The notes under the pieces: model-generated
The model's input: only the letters and a program-made list of their open reading frames with translations
Database searches by the model: none
What the model was told of the DNA's origin: nothing
Made by a program: the position numbers and the translations under genes
In this document: piece after piece, positions 51,708-64,000 of the stretch
How positions within the stretch are numbered: position 1 is the stretch's first letter
How the letters are laid out: each line of letters starts with the position of its first letter
Source of the DNA: Azolla caroliniana
Lineage: Eukaryota; Plantae; Polypodiophyta
Reading direction: 5' to 3'
Length of the DNA stretch: 64,000 nucleotides
NCBI GenBank assembly: GCA_043228905.1
Contig: JBHGNT010000002.1
Coordinates: forward strand, 10,168,001 to 10,232,000

Positions 51708-52989
51708 ACTTGAAATGGAATTTCCTTTTTTACCTTAGAAAAATTGGGAACACAAACCTTTCCATTATGTTACAAGAGGACATTTGCAATGTAAAACATT
51801 CCTTTTGAGGATGAAGTGTTTATGGCATCTATTTGACTACAACCAAGTAGGTCGAAGAAGGAGATCAGATGGTCATGTACGAAAATAGTCTCGACAATCA
51901 ATATAGCTCAATGAGGAAGTTCAAGAGGCGGTTTTTTGCGGTCATATATGATTATCAAAGGAAATGATAACACCACCTACCACCTTGCTAAATTTGATAG
52001 GAGTGGGTAACCTTAGTTCGATATTCTCGGTACATAGAGGAGAATGTGCAAGTTTGGTTGGAGTGGATGTCATGATGTGGTGTGTGCAAAGGTGGAATAT
52101 AGAGAAAAGCAAGAAAACATGGACAATGTAAATATAATCGAATAAAATCTTACAACTTAAATAGTCCACTATAGAGCTTATGGATAATATAATAAAGATG
52201 ATGTCAATGGATTAATGGATAAGGCCATTGATTGTGTGGGAGAATATGTACTATCCCAGTCCTAGCAGGTGTGCATGCATTAACTACCCCTTCTAAGCAT
52301 CTTGATGGAAAGGGGTTATGTACTAAGCATCCTGATGGAAAGAGGTTAAGTAAGTATTTAATGCAGTAGGTGAGCATCTTCTCTCGCGTAGTCTGTCGCT
52401 TGCATGCATTCCTATCTTCAGCTTCTCTCCCATGACACGTAACGGTGGGATGTTGTATGCTTGCATTCTCCTTCCTGTGTGGGTGCGGTGTTTCTTTTTT
52501 GTGCCTACATGGGCGTTGTGTGCTCCTCTCTCCGAGCTTGTTTCTCGTTCTTTGTTTTTTCGTTGTCACGTGCATGCTTAGTGGAGTGTGCTCCTTTGCA
52601 GCATGCATGCTTCTACTTTGCATGCGTGCTCTTTTGTGTTTGTGCTCTCTTCAGTGTGTTATGTGTCATGCACTTTTCCTACTTACTCACCATCTTTGTG
52701 GTGTGGGTGGCGTGTCGTACATTTCGGTGTGCTCTTTCTCTAGAGTGTCTTATGCTACATGCACTTGAGTTAGGCTACCCCCTTGCATTCGGCTTACACC
52801 ATCTTGTTGTCATGTTGTTGCATGTGGCGTGGATGAATAAATAATCGACGAAATGCTTGTGAGCTCACGAAGTGAATGGGACATCCACACATGCTTGGCT
52901 AAGTCTTCCCTCCTTTTTCTTTTTATTCCTATTTTATATATTACATCAAAATTACTTCCAAACTAATTAAAGAACATAAGGAGAAATTG

Positions 52990-55870
52990 ACATCAACGTC
53001 TAGAGAAGAGGATTATCATTGCGCAAGTTTTGGGTATTCGTCCTCGGCGTGTTGATCTTCGATTGTTATTACAAGCTTCTTTAAAACAAGATATTGACAA
53101 CATCACGGATATTCAAATGCTTGGTCGGAACTATTATCAAGTGGAGTTCGAGCTTGAACGGATGGTACCAATCTTGCTAAAGAAGAAAACAATGGCAATC
53201 AAGGGAGGATGGGTATTCTTCCACAAATGGACTCACAACTTCTCCGCAAATCAGGTACTTCATGATTTAGATTCATATCATACATGTGTGTCAGTGTTTC
53301 CCAATCTACGTAAACAGTGGGTGCCATTTGTGCATCTAATTGCCAGTATTATTGGCACAGTCTTGGAAACTTATGATAAACCTCGTCAGAACGACGATAA
53401 ATATATGGGAGCTACATCAACAAAACTTTTGATTTCTAAGTCCACAATTTTGCCCTCAAATATCTTATTGCCTAATCTGCTTGACTCCAGACAAGAATCT
53501 TATTCTCAAAGAATTTTGTATAGGGGTTTGCCAAATCAGTGTTTTCGGTGTTTTGGATTTGGTCATTTGGCAAAAAATTGCCCAAAATATAATAAAGAGA
53601 CAGATAAGCATGTACCCAATACAACTATAGTCCCATCTCAGGCTAGATCTAAGGGTTGGACTGAGGTCGGTCATAGGAAAGTATCTTCACAATTATCTTA
53701 TGACAAGCGTCATCAAGTGTCAATTAATAATTTAAAGGAATTTCCCCCCTTACAGAATAGATATTCTACTCTCTAAGTAGAAGAGGATCGGTCACATGAA
53801 GTGAATATGTCAGATCAACCATCAACCCATTTTTCCCAAAAGACAAACTTACTTTCTACTAAGTTGCCTGAGACTTTCCCAAGGTTAATAGTAGGCCAAC
53901 CACCATTGAAAATTGTTGAGAACTAGCAGTTGACACCAAATGTTAATTTGGATTCATCTAAAAAATTAAAAGGAAAAGTTGTCTCTGCTCAAGATATTAC
54001 AAATGTGGAAATGCCTCCAAGTGTTATGGGAATCGAAGCAGACCAACAAATCGATATCGGTGTTTCTGGTAGTTCAGTTCCCTTTGATAAGCTTGTAGGA
54101 AAATCTATTTCTAGTCAATCAAATATGATGGGGGTTGAAATGGCTCAAGGAGTAGATAAACTCCCTTGTGATGGATATCAATTTACAGTTTCACAGGATA
54201 CCTTGACACGTCAGACCCCTCAAAAGCAAGTTAAGGATCATAGGGTACATAAGCATGCAAGGAACTATCTGCTTTTAAAACGACAAGCAAGAGCTCAGGA
54301 GGTTGCCCAGAAAGGCCGCCAGGATGCTCTCCTTGAGAAAAGGACACCAATAAAATCTGTGTAAGATGGACACCTTCCATCTTCTTTCCTGGAATGTGCA
54401 AGGCTTGGGTGGTCAGGCTTTTCGTAGATTTAAAGGACTCTTACGCGCAGATTTAGGTATTGCTAATGTAGGAAATATTGATATTCTTTTTTTACAAGAG
54501 CATCACTTATGTATGGATAGAATTCAGAAGTATGGATCTATTTTACCAGGACGGTGGACTCACTTCTAGATTCCCGCTTTTGGCCCCACTGGCCGTCAGG
54601 CTGGACTATGCATTGCAATTAAACAACATTTGCAGTCTATCATTGTGCCAACTACTACTATTATGAATAAAAGGGCACAATTCCTGATTGTAAAAATAAG
54701 ATCCCAAAAGGTTGGCCTTATGAATCTCTATGCCCCAAATTCTGCGGCCGAAAGGGCAAAGTTATGGCTATCTCTTTCTGATTATGTGAGTTTAGCGGAT
54801 TGTTGGTTGGTAGGAGGCGACTTTAATATGATTGAGGATGTTGCTGACAGACTGGGAGGTATAACTATTACAATTTCAGGATGGGAAGCTAAGTGTTAGG
54901 ATTACTTTTGTTTTACTTATGGGTTGCTGGATTTATGGAAGGTGCATTCATTTTCACGTATGCAAGGATCCCTTCCGTTTTCTAGATCAGATGGAAGCTT
55001 GGTTGCTACAAATTTGTCTCGACTAGATAGATTTTATGCTAGTAGCATTGTTTGGGAAGTAGGTGGATCCATAGGAATTATTCCAGGATCAGTTATCTCT
55101 GACCACGACTCTCTGAAGTTACAGGTTACATTTACTAAGAGGCGATACTCGACACAATTGCGTATCCCTCCTACAATTTTATCTTAAGATAGTCATCGGA
55201 TGTCAATCATACAAATATGGTCAAAATACAGTTTCTCAGATGACTATTTGCTTAGCAATATGACTCATGCCATACTCGATACAAAGATTCTATTCATAGA
55301 AAGAGTTTTAGCATCTGTTTAACACTGCAATTCAGATATTGCTAACTTGCGGCGTGCTTTGGCAGCATTACAACAACTTTTGGAAAGATATCCAACTTCA
55401 TCTATATTATGTTGTGATTTGCAGCAAGTAAAAAGCAATCTAAAGGAAAAACAGGAAGCAAGCTCAAGTTTCTTTTACCATCGTAATGTTGCTCGTTGGT
55501 CTCAAAGGCAAGATCGGGTCAATAAGGAATTCTTTAATCAATTTAAACGAAAAGCTAGACCTCTTTCTATTACTTCTTTGAAGTAGCTTGATGGATCCTA
55601 TATATCAGATGGCTCTGAGATGCGAAGTATAGGCTCGGATTATTATCATAACTTATTGTCTGCTGAATCTTTTACGATAGATAATTTTTATAAGCAACAA
55701 GTTGTTCTTGCAACTATTGAACAGAAGGTTACAGATGTAATGGCCTCTCAGTTATTACAACCGTTTACATCTCAAGAGGTATTTGTTGCAGCTAAATCCT
55801 TAGGTAAGGATGTTTGTCTCGGAAAAGATGGAATAGGAATTGGCTTTTATTTGCATTATTGGGATTTGCC
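52990..55870 (+). mobile_element. L1/Tx1-like LINE: ORF1 with zinc knuckle, APE endonuclease, truncated at the start of RT
   Basis: CFRCFGFGHLAKNC; LSWNVQGL, FLQEHH, NLYAPN, GGDFN, SRLDRFY and SDHD; premature stops. Confidence 0.92.
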
Positions 55871-56028
55871 CCTGTTTACAATGGTAGCTCAAGAGCCTCA
55901 ATGGCAATATCGACTTCCATGGACTCTTTGAATATCACAAATGTAAACATCCTCGTATTTTATATCAGTGTATAAAGAAAGTTGTAACCTTCTTGGTTGC
56001 TAGGTTCAAGTTGTAGCCTTCGAGCGTT

Positions 56029-56847
56029 TTGTTCTTAATACTATTGAAGAAAATCTTATATAAAAAAAAAAAAAAACATAAGGAGATACATGATGAGGTT
56101 GTATGTAAAGAAGTATTTTTAGACGCACTTAATCGTTTAGTAAAAATAGAGAATGATATGAAAAAATGGGTAAAAGAAGCAGAATCACACAAGAAAAAAG
56201 ATAAGGAAGAAAAAGATGCAGTTAAGGTAGAAATAGAAAAACTCAAAGTAGGAAACGTCAACCTCAAAAATAACTCAATGACTTCAAGGTATCTAAGGAA
56301 GATGGTGAAATATGCTCCATAGTGAATATTAAGGAAGAGATAAAAAAAAAGGTTAAAGAAGAAGTAAACAACATCATGCAATTAGCTAAAACAGGTTGGG
56401 TAAATGTAGTAAACGAAACATTAAAAAGGAAATAAAGTAAACACTACCCTTGTGGAATAGAAAATGTAACAAGCTCAATGCCTAAATGTATGTGTTACTG
56501 GACTCAAGGAAGGTGCATCTCCCGATGAAGATGCACAAGGGAAAATGTCAGGGTACATAGAGGCCCTACCAATCACCAAAACCTGGTGGGCCAGATGTGA
56601 CACCATTAGAAAGAGGGCCTTAGTCCTTCATATTAACAACTTAGAATCTAGAGTCAGGATTTTTAAGAAGAGACCAAGTCTTCGAGGACTAGGAGGGGAC
56701 CCTATCTACCTAGATGAAGACCCCACTAAGATGCAAATTGAGTATTGCAAGACTTATATGCTACGAGTCATGCAAGCTCGTAAAGAAGGGCATCACGCCT
56801 TTTACCAAGACAGACGAGTGATAACAAATGACCCTACCATCAATTGA
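56029..56847 (+). mobile_element. Probable ORF1 remnant of a second LINE family
   Basis: Coiled-coil-like region followed by PIYLDEDPTKMQ, similar to the IY(I/L)xEDLT motif of LINE ORF1 proteins; broken frames. Confidence 0.5.
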
Positions 56848-58013
56848 CGACACATGGCCCATACGATAGAAGATAAAATCAATGTAGCAATATTGTTTCG
56901 AAGTAGCTACATAATAATATAGAAATACTAAAAACAAACCAATAAGCCTATTTTATGTGGGTAAAAGTCCTCACTAGCACAGAACAATCAATATTTATTG
57001 CCATTTGTTACTTTGTCTAAAAGGATCATAATAATACCCAAACATTCATAACCTACCTCCTCTTAAGTACAACCACAAGATGGATAAAACTTTAATCTCT
57101 CATGAGGACCATAATACAGTAATATGCTAAAAAATATGACAAATATAAAGTTGACATAAATAGATCAACCCACTAGAGCGACTCAGATCTAAAATGTTGC
57201 ACTATAAGGAACACTTCATGCAATTCTCTAAGTTAGGTTTTCTTATACAACCAAAATATCTACATACATTCTTACCAAATGCACTAAGGGTGGATCTCTA
57301 GTTAACCTTGTATTGAAGAATGATTAGTGATGGATCCCAAGCATCCAAATCAAGAATGCCAATTTGTTTGGTTAAAGCTAACTCTTGCAACTCTTCCATT
57401 TACTATTAACTATTCATATCATGATACCAAGACAAATTGGCCACTATGATGCAACATGGTAGATGAAAAACTTACCATATACATCAATGTGTATTCCAAC
57501 AATATCATGAGCTAAAAAACATGAGTACACAACTAGATAGGTTTGAGATACCATGACTATCTTAATTTAAATCGTTGCAAACATCCCTATTATTACAATT
57601 TCGTGTGATCAGAATTCGTATTGCTGTTGTAATATGCATAAATACAAAATTAGATGTAAAGATGTTTTAGGTTAAAGCACAGTGAGAATTAAAGATCCTA
57701 AGAAGCAACCAGATTGTCTTGTCATTTTGCTTCAAACAACCTCGTCTACCCACCAAAAATGCTAACAGGAAAAAAAGAATTTATGACACCTACCCAATCC
57801 TGAAATCTGGTATTTTGGTCTTTGGGCTTTTCATTTATATACACAGTTTTGGAAGAGTGGAATAGTTTTTAATCTAAACAGTTTCCCACAAAAATATTGA
57901 TTTATTGAGCATCCCAAAGACTAGGATTTCAAGGAACCTCAAATATGAAGTTCCATATATAGTGCATCACTGTGGAGGTTCACCCATAAAACTCTGAAAA
58001 TACCAACTGGAAA

Positions 58014-61000
58014 CTAATTCAATGCTTCTATGTTTGGTCGTTTTGTCCGTCCACATTGCAATATATTCTTTTTATCTTCTTCAGTTTCTGACTCTCCAGT
58101 ATCCGAATTGGCATTTGTTTCCACGACAGAAGATCTACCACCTACTAACCTCTCTGCAGCTAAAAGTGCATCTGGTGTGTGAAGATCAGCTACACCTAAA
58201 GCTAGATCCTGGCATTTTAAAAAGTATATGGCATAAACTTGTAAATTATTACCACCACACATGTTTAGGCAATCATTAGAGTACATAATTCCCAGATAAA
58301 ATGTGAAATGTGTATATAATAAATAATAAATAAATTTATATGCATGTGTATGTGATATACATATTTGTGTACGAATATATACATGGATGTTCCTTTTGAA
58401 CACTTAAGTCACATTTTGGTATTTTGAACATCAACACAAATATATGTGGTATGTGGGGACATAACACAGGTCTGTATGTGGCGGTTTGCAATTTCCCACT
58501 AGTAAATTCAAGGTTAGCCTTTATTTGTAAGTCCTTGTATCTAACATCACATAATGGCTAGGTATGGTTTTGAAACCATCAAAGTATTGTATAAGTAGGC
58601 GCACTTCAAAGAATGGGGTAACTACTAAGAAGGAATAAACCTCAATGTTTGACACAAATGAAACTCTATATAAACTTGAAGCAGAGATATAGAAGTTCGT
58701 AGGATGAAATTGAAAAAGAGGACCAATGAGAACCAAAGATTGAAAGGCTAACAAAGATGGTTGGGCCTTGGGGAGCAACCATGAAAAAATCAATATAGAG
58801 ATCACAAAAAGACAATTCATTTATCACCCCCACGGTTTTTAAAACACCTTTGTATTACCATAGTTGCTTGATCTTGACCCTCAATTCATAAGTCTAGCGA
58901 GGTACAGACTTACAATAATGATATCGCTTAATGTTTACCAATGATATGTTTACATTACGACATCATGTTATGCCTATTTGTCTAATCCTATCCTATTTCT
59001 TTGCTAAACATCTGTTTCCGGATGACTTAGATGCTCTTTTTCCATTTAACAAGAAGAGACATACACATGTACTTCACAAATTTCTATGAGCTCCTGAAAT
59101 GTATTTGCAACATTTAAGAGTTATCTCGTCGATAAACTCAACCTTTTCATTCTTCCTCGACCGTTGTGATACAATCACCATCTTTGTAATTATAAGGAGA
59201 GAAAACCACTTCTATAACATCGACTCTCAATCAGGCATTGGCTCAACAAAATAACTATAATTTCAACCACAACTAATACAGCATCGTTTTTTGAGGAAAA
59301 CTTCATCAAGTCCCAACAATCAAACCATGAAATCGACATGGGAGACCTCTGAACAGGCAATTTAACTCCCAACCCAACCACAACCACCAAATGAGATAGC
59401 AACAATCAGAAACTTTGTAGAAACATTGTCAGAAACATCTAGGACTTACGAAGTTTTGTGATTATTAGACGAGGAAAACTCTTGCATACCATCTAGTCTC
59501 AGTCAACATTTGACTATGAAAAATAAATTATATTCTTACTACTACTAGAGAAGAAGTAACACTTTTTGCGGAAGATTTGATCAAGTCCCAGCAATGAACC
59601 AATGAAATCAACCTGGGGAGCTTCCAAAGGTCAGCAAACTCCCAGTTGAAGAACCAATTTAGCTACATTTTACCATTGGAAAACCTAATATAAACAAAAC
59701 AAAATCTTCTGATGGTTTTGGACTCTCTAAGTCCTAATTTCACATCTAGAATGCCAATTATCCATGAATAAGGAAGTTGACACCTTAGTTGCTGCCAAAA
59801 GACCATTGTCCCTTTTCTTATTTCTTTATTGATACTTAATTGAAGAGGATAAATGTAGTTTAAGAGCATTTAAAAAGCTGAAACCCATATGTAGAACTTC
59901 CAAGGTATCTTGATTGCACATAGTGGAAAAGCCATGTGCAGATGTTTCAAGGTATTCTTGACAGATTTGGCACTCTAAAATGACTTTATATCCAAGAAGC
60001 TACGTTGTTCAGTGGACATACTGTTTGCCTGAATGACGAGAATCTCTTTTAGTATTTCTTTATTGGGTATGTAATAATAAAATATAAAAGAGAAAATGTG
60101 ATCAGGTTATTTCTGCCATAGATCCAATGGCACAACATTGTCAGATGTTGCCTTCTCCTATTGGATGTTATACATATTTTTACGATACACTAGATGTTCT
60201 TTTTTCTCTCTATATGGACAGAACATACCACTGTGCCAAAAAGTGGAGACCCCATGATACCAAGCAACTATAGGACAATCATGATTGGCGATTACTTAGC
60301 TAAATTATAAGGCTCAATCCTAGAGTCAGAATTGAGTATATGGGCATAGCAAAATGGCTGCCGTTCAGCTGGACAGGCAGGCTTATGAAAGGGGTTCACA
60401 ACTTTGGATCACATATTGACTTTGACCCCCCCTTATCAAAGAGGGCAGCGCCAATAATATGAAGATTTATTGCTACTTCTTGGATTTACGAAAAGCCTTT
60501 GACACTGCTGTGTGCTCAGCTTATGCAATGGCTAGAAGCCCTTGGTGTCCCTACAGATATGCGATAGGGAATCTATACATTGTACAAATCCATCTCAAGA
60601 AAAGTGTTGTTTCCCAATGGTTTGTCAGAGGCGGTGGCTAGCACAATCAAAGTAAAACAAGGATGCCCACTATCACCCACTCTCTTTGGTTTCTACATAG
60701 ATGCGATATCACATTACATAGAGAGATTCGGGAGTTCAAGAGCATGCTTAGCAGGTCTAACCATACAAATATTACTATATGCTGATGATATTGTGCTGAT
60801 CTCTGACTCTCCAAAGGGACTACAAAGACATCTAACTGCCTTAAAATTATTTTGTACAAACAAAGGTTTGTCGATAAATATGGATAAAACTAAAGTGATG
60901 GTGCTTAACACCACTCAAGCATGGGTAACAAGATAAAAACCAGAACTCTTCTTGGAAGAGGAAAAGGTGGCATACCTAGGTGTAACATTTACGAGACATA

Positions 61001-62604
61001 GGTTCTCCTTATGAGAGGCTGCCTGTGCCCGACTTTCTCATGGATATTCAGCCCTTGGTGCCCTCAAAAGACAATGTGCACATTTGCAGTTTCAAGAGCT
61101 ATGAACTAAACTGTAGCTATAAGATACACTTGTGAAACAAACTCTTCTCTATGGAGTAGAAACATAGGGACCGAGTCTTAACAAGGCAAATAACTGGAAA
61201 GACTTAAGAGGGGCCTTTACTGTCAATGATTGCCCGCATGATTAGGAGTAAAGCATTAGTGCCCCATCATATAATCCAGACAGAGATGGGAGCAGCCCCT
61301 ATTCATCGTGGTATTATTCCAATTAATTACCTGCAAGACAACTTGCTGAACATGGAGACATTCATTGTTGGTATGCTGAAATGCAGCAATGGTCCAAGTC
61401 AAATGGCATAAGCATAAATGCATTACCCCCTCATTCCAATATAGCTTGCACTATCCCCATCTAAACAGGACCAAAGTGGAAAAGAATAATACTAGTGGGC
61501 TGTATCAATCATGTCATCATTTGATTCCACACTTGGACAATAAATAACACTTCTCTTAAAAACAATCCCAAGCTTATGAACAAAAATCACATATACATGT
61601 AATGGAAGCAGATATGAATATGAAAAACAATTATGTTACAACCCGATGCTTTGCACTCTAGACCTATCCAAAAAAGTAAATGTTGAGACTAGACATAGAC
61701 ACTGATAAAGAAGGGCCTCTTAAATCAAATTCAAATACTATGCTTTCTTTTCACACTCCATTCTTTTCTCTCTTCTTTTTAGTTTTTTCTTTAGGGTTGT
61801 ATTCATGTTTTTTGCTTTTTGCATTTTAAGGTTTCTCACCCATTATTAACACTATGCTTACAAACACTAGGAAGATATGACTACATTCGACAACGAATAT
61901 ATTGAACATTTCATTAAATTATTTACCATTTCCACGTAAGGTGTATTGTCATCATCCTTCAAAACTTCAATGTTAAACCCATCTGCACCTTTTTCCTACA
62001 TCCATGTTATAGCATGCACCCGTGTTATACACACATGCACGTATTTACATATAGATAGATCGATAGATATTTATATATTGATACACTGATGTGGAGAGAT
62101 TAAAAATGTAACAAGTCTTGATTCTTGATTTTAAGATTTTGCAAAGAAGAGAATACCTTGATTTCCATCTTAAGCTTTTTATTGGATTCATCCAGGATTG
62201 GAAGGAAGGCTTTTACTCTATTGAGAACTTCAAAAAAACAAATGAAATATTGAAAAAGTCGGAAATCTCAAAAGCAATGATGAAAATTAAGTAAAAATCA
62301 CTTCCTATTCTCATAATTAAATAATAAATATTTACCATTGCTTTCACCTAAGTTCTGTAAGAAGTCCTGAGCATTTTTCTTCTTGTCCATATTCTTTTCT
62401 TTTTCTTTGCAAATAGAGAGTAACTTTGATCCTACATTTTGTCATGATAGAATGAGGAAGAAAAGCAGGGGGCAGAAGGCAGAAAGCAAAAGAAAAATAA
62501 CAAAGGGAGAAAAATATACCTGGAATGGGAGAAGTATAATCGCTGTGCTCCAGACGCAGAAGGTCCTTGTTTCCATCCGAAACCTGATTTCCTAGAGAAA
62601 CCAT
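58014..62604 (-). CDS. NOPCHAP1: NOP protein chaperone 1-like (DUF4598) host gene, 5 exons, 171 aa
   Basis: Exons 62604-62520, 62431-62336, 62227-62157, 61995-61927 and 58208-58014 splice GT-AG into a 516-nt open frame: ...VLNRVKAFLPILDESNKKL...FNIEVL...PYVEMDLALGVADLHTP...KRPNIEALN, matching the DUF4598 pattern. Confidence 0.88.
60225..61330 (+). mobile_element. LINE reverse transcriptase fragment in intron 4 of the host gene (antisense to it)
   Basis: DLRKAFD, KQGCPLSPTLF, LLYADD and INMDKTKVM; stops and frameshifts. Confidence 0.9.
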
Positions 62605-63239
62605 AGAGGGTATAGAGAGGAAACAAAAAGAGGCAGAAAGAAAGAAAGATATAATAACGTTTTGTAAGAGGCCAACATGGCCTATAAGACCAAACAAGAG
62701 ATTACATCTTAAGTGTTGTCTCGTCTTTGAGAACAACAAAAGAGAGAGAGACATAGGGGGCAGGGGTTTTGAAGGGCGAATGAGGCTAGGGTTCAGAAAA
62801 TAAGGTTTTGGTTAAACTACATAAATAGCCTCTCCAGCTCCTCCTCTTTTTCCTCCATCCTCACCAACTAAACAACCAAGGTCAAAGAGATTGTCACTAG
62901 CAGTAGTATTAGTAGAAGTACTAGTAGTATTAGTAAGAACCCTGAAATGAAGTGATAATCGATCGTCTCAATGCTCCTCCTCTTGCTACCTCCTGCCTCA
63001 AGACTTAACACTTCTACTCGGCTTGCTACATGAACTCCAAGGCTTCCCCACTCAATGTGTTGTCATAGGTTTTAATGGAGGCCATCTTGTCCAACTAGTT
63101 ACCATCTGTACAAAATGGGAAGGGAGGAGTGATTGTAATTTGTTGGATGTTTTCATTCCCTTCCCGTGACATATACGTATTGTTTAATCATATAATATAT
63201 ATAATAATATGTACAATTGAGTCACCTCAAGGAGAATTA

Positions 63240-64000
63240 AATATGTTTTCGACACTAGAGTCTTATACTCACTCTTCCAAGCCCAGGAACTCTTTGCATA
63301 TCCAAACTAGGAACCCTCTCTCTACTCACTCTTCCAAGACTAGAAACTTTCTCTATACTAAACCCCTCCAATCCTAGGAACTTGTCATCTCTTACACAAC
63401 ATCTAATCTCGAATCTTATACTCATCATTCCAAGCCTAGGAACTCACCATCTCTTGTGCATCATCATGTTAGAAATTCCTAACAATGACATTGATGAGTG
63501 ATGTCTCGATGCAACTCTCCTACTATCATTGGACGAAGTCATTTGCCAACCAGTTTATTGTGTGGACTGGTTCCCTTAGCATTGGCCTTTATCGAGCAAA
63601 AAAGGGATGATGTGCCTAGGTGTTCTATAATTAAGGGAATGGTTGTTCCCTAATTGGTGGAATAACAATGTTGCATCTCAATCATGGTAATATTATAGCC
63701 ATAACCTTACAGACAAATTGTATAGCTAATTTTAAAGGGTTACGGGTAGGATAATTGGTTTCCCCAATTATCCTAGTGTCTGGAACAAACCCATAACGAT
63801 CTATGACATGTGGGAACATGTGGTGGTTTGGGAGCCTTAGGTGCTTGGTTATATAAAGGAGATCAACTATACCTTTCATCAAGACATCTTCAGACACTAT
63901 CAATACTCTATTGTTGAGTCTAATCTCTCTTATTCAACTACCAAGGTATAACATAATGTAATATTTTGTGGTATGTAACAGGTCCAATGGTATTTTATGT
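63240..64000 (-). mobile_element. Possible highly degenerate LTR retroelement remnant
   Basis: Short direct repeats (ACTCACTCTTCCAAG-CTAGGAAC) ending near CCTAACA at 63484, and weak integrase-like peptide downstream; poorly supported. Confidence 0.3.

Noticed and set aside
47475-51712. Flanks CAAGT (47475) and ACTTG (51708) are reverse complements, suggesting one copia split by an inversion
   Set aside because: The two LTRs are clearly diverged and both parts contain integrase, so these are separate elements; the 5-bp match is probably chance.
52204-52844. Overlapping hydrophobic/Cys-rich ORFs
   Set aside because: GT-rich low-complexity sequence; no domain, TIR or TSD could be established.
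62344-62754. 136-aa ORF as a stand-alone gene
   Set aside because: It is exon 1 of the NOPCHAP1-like gene read through UTR and intron sequence.

Overview
Land-plant genomic DNA, probably a fern or lycophyte (inferred from element types, GT-AG introns and heavy C>T decay). It is almost entirely nested transposons, with one intact host gene: a 5-exon NOPCHAP1/DUF4598-like gene at 58014-62604 on the minus strand. The left half is a four-level stack of DNA transposons whose TIRs and TSDs can be read from the sequence. Sola2-like element A (left end outside the window, right end 30786) contains Sola2-like element B (4458-26091, TSD TACT). B contains a 9.6-kb DUF7869/Sola1-like element C (11558-21185, TSD TCTT), and C contains a hAT-type MITE (15564-16095). 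A, B and C each carry a non-transposase cargo gene. The most striking is in C: a 6-exon, ~973-codon gene fusing a ParB/Srx-like domain to a prokaryote-type beta-class N6A/N4C DNA methyltransferase, head-to-head with the transposase. B carries a RING-H2 gene and A an FCP1/NIF-like HAD domain gene. All copies here appear pseudogenised. The right half holds nested Ty3/gypsy and Ty1/copia remnants, LTR elements with 4-bp TSDs, and LINE fragments. Family assignments come from motif recall, not database searches.
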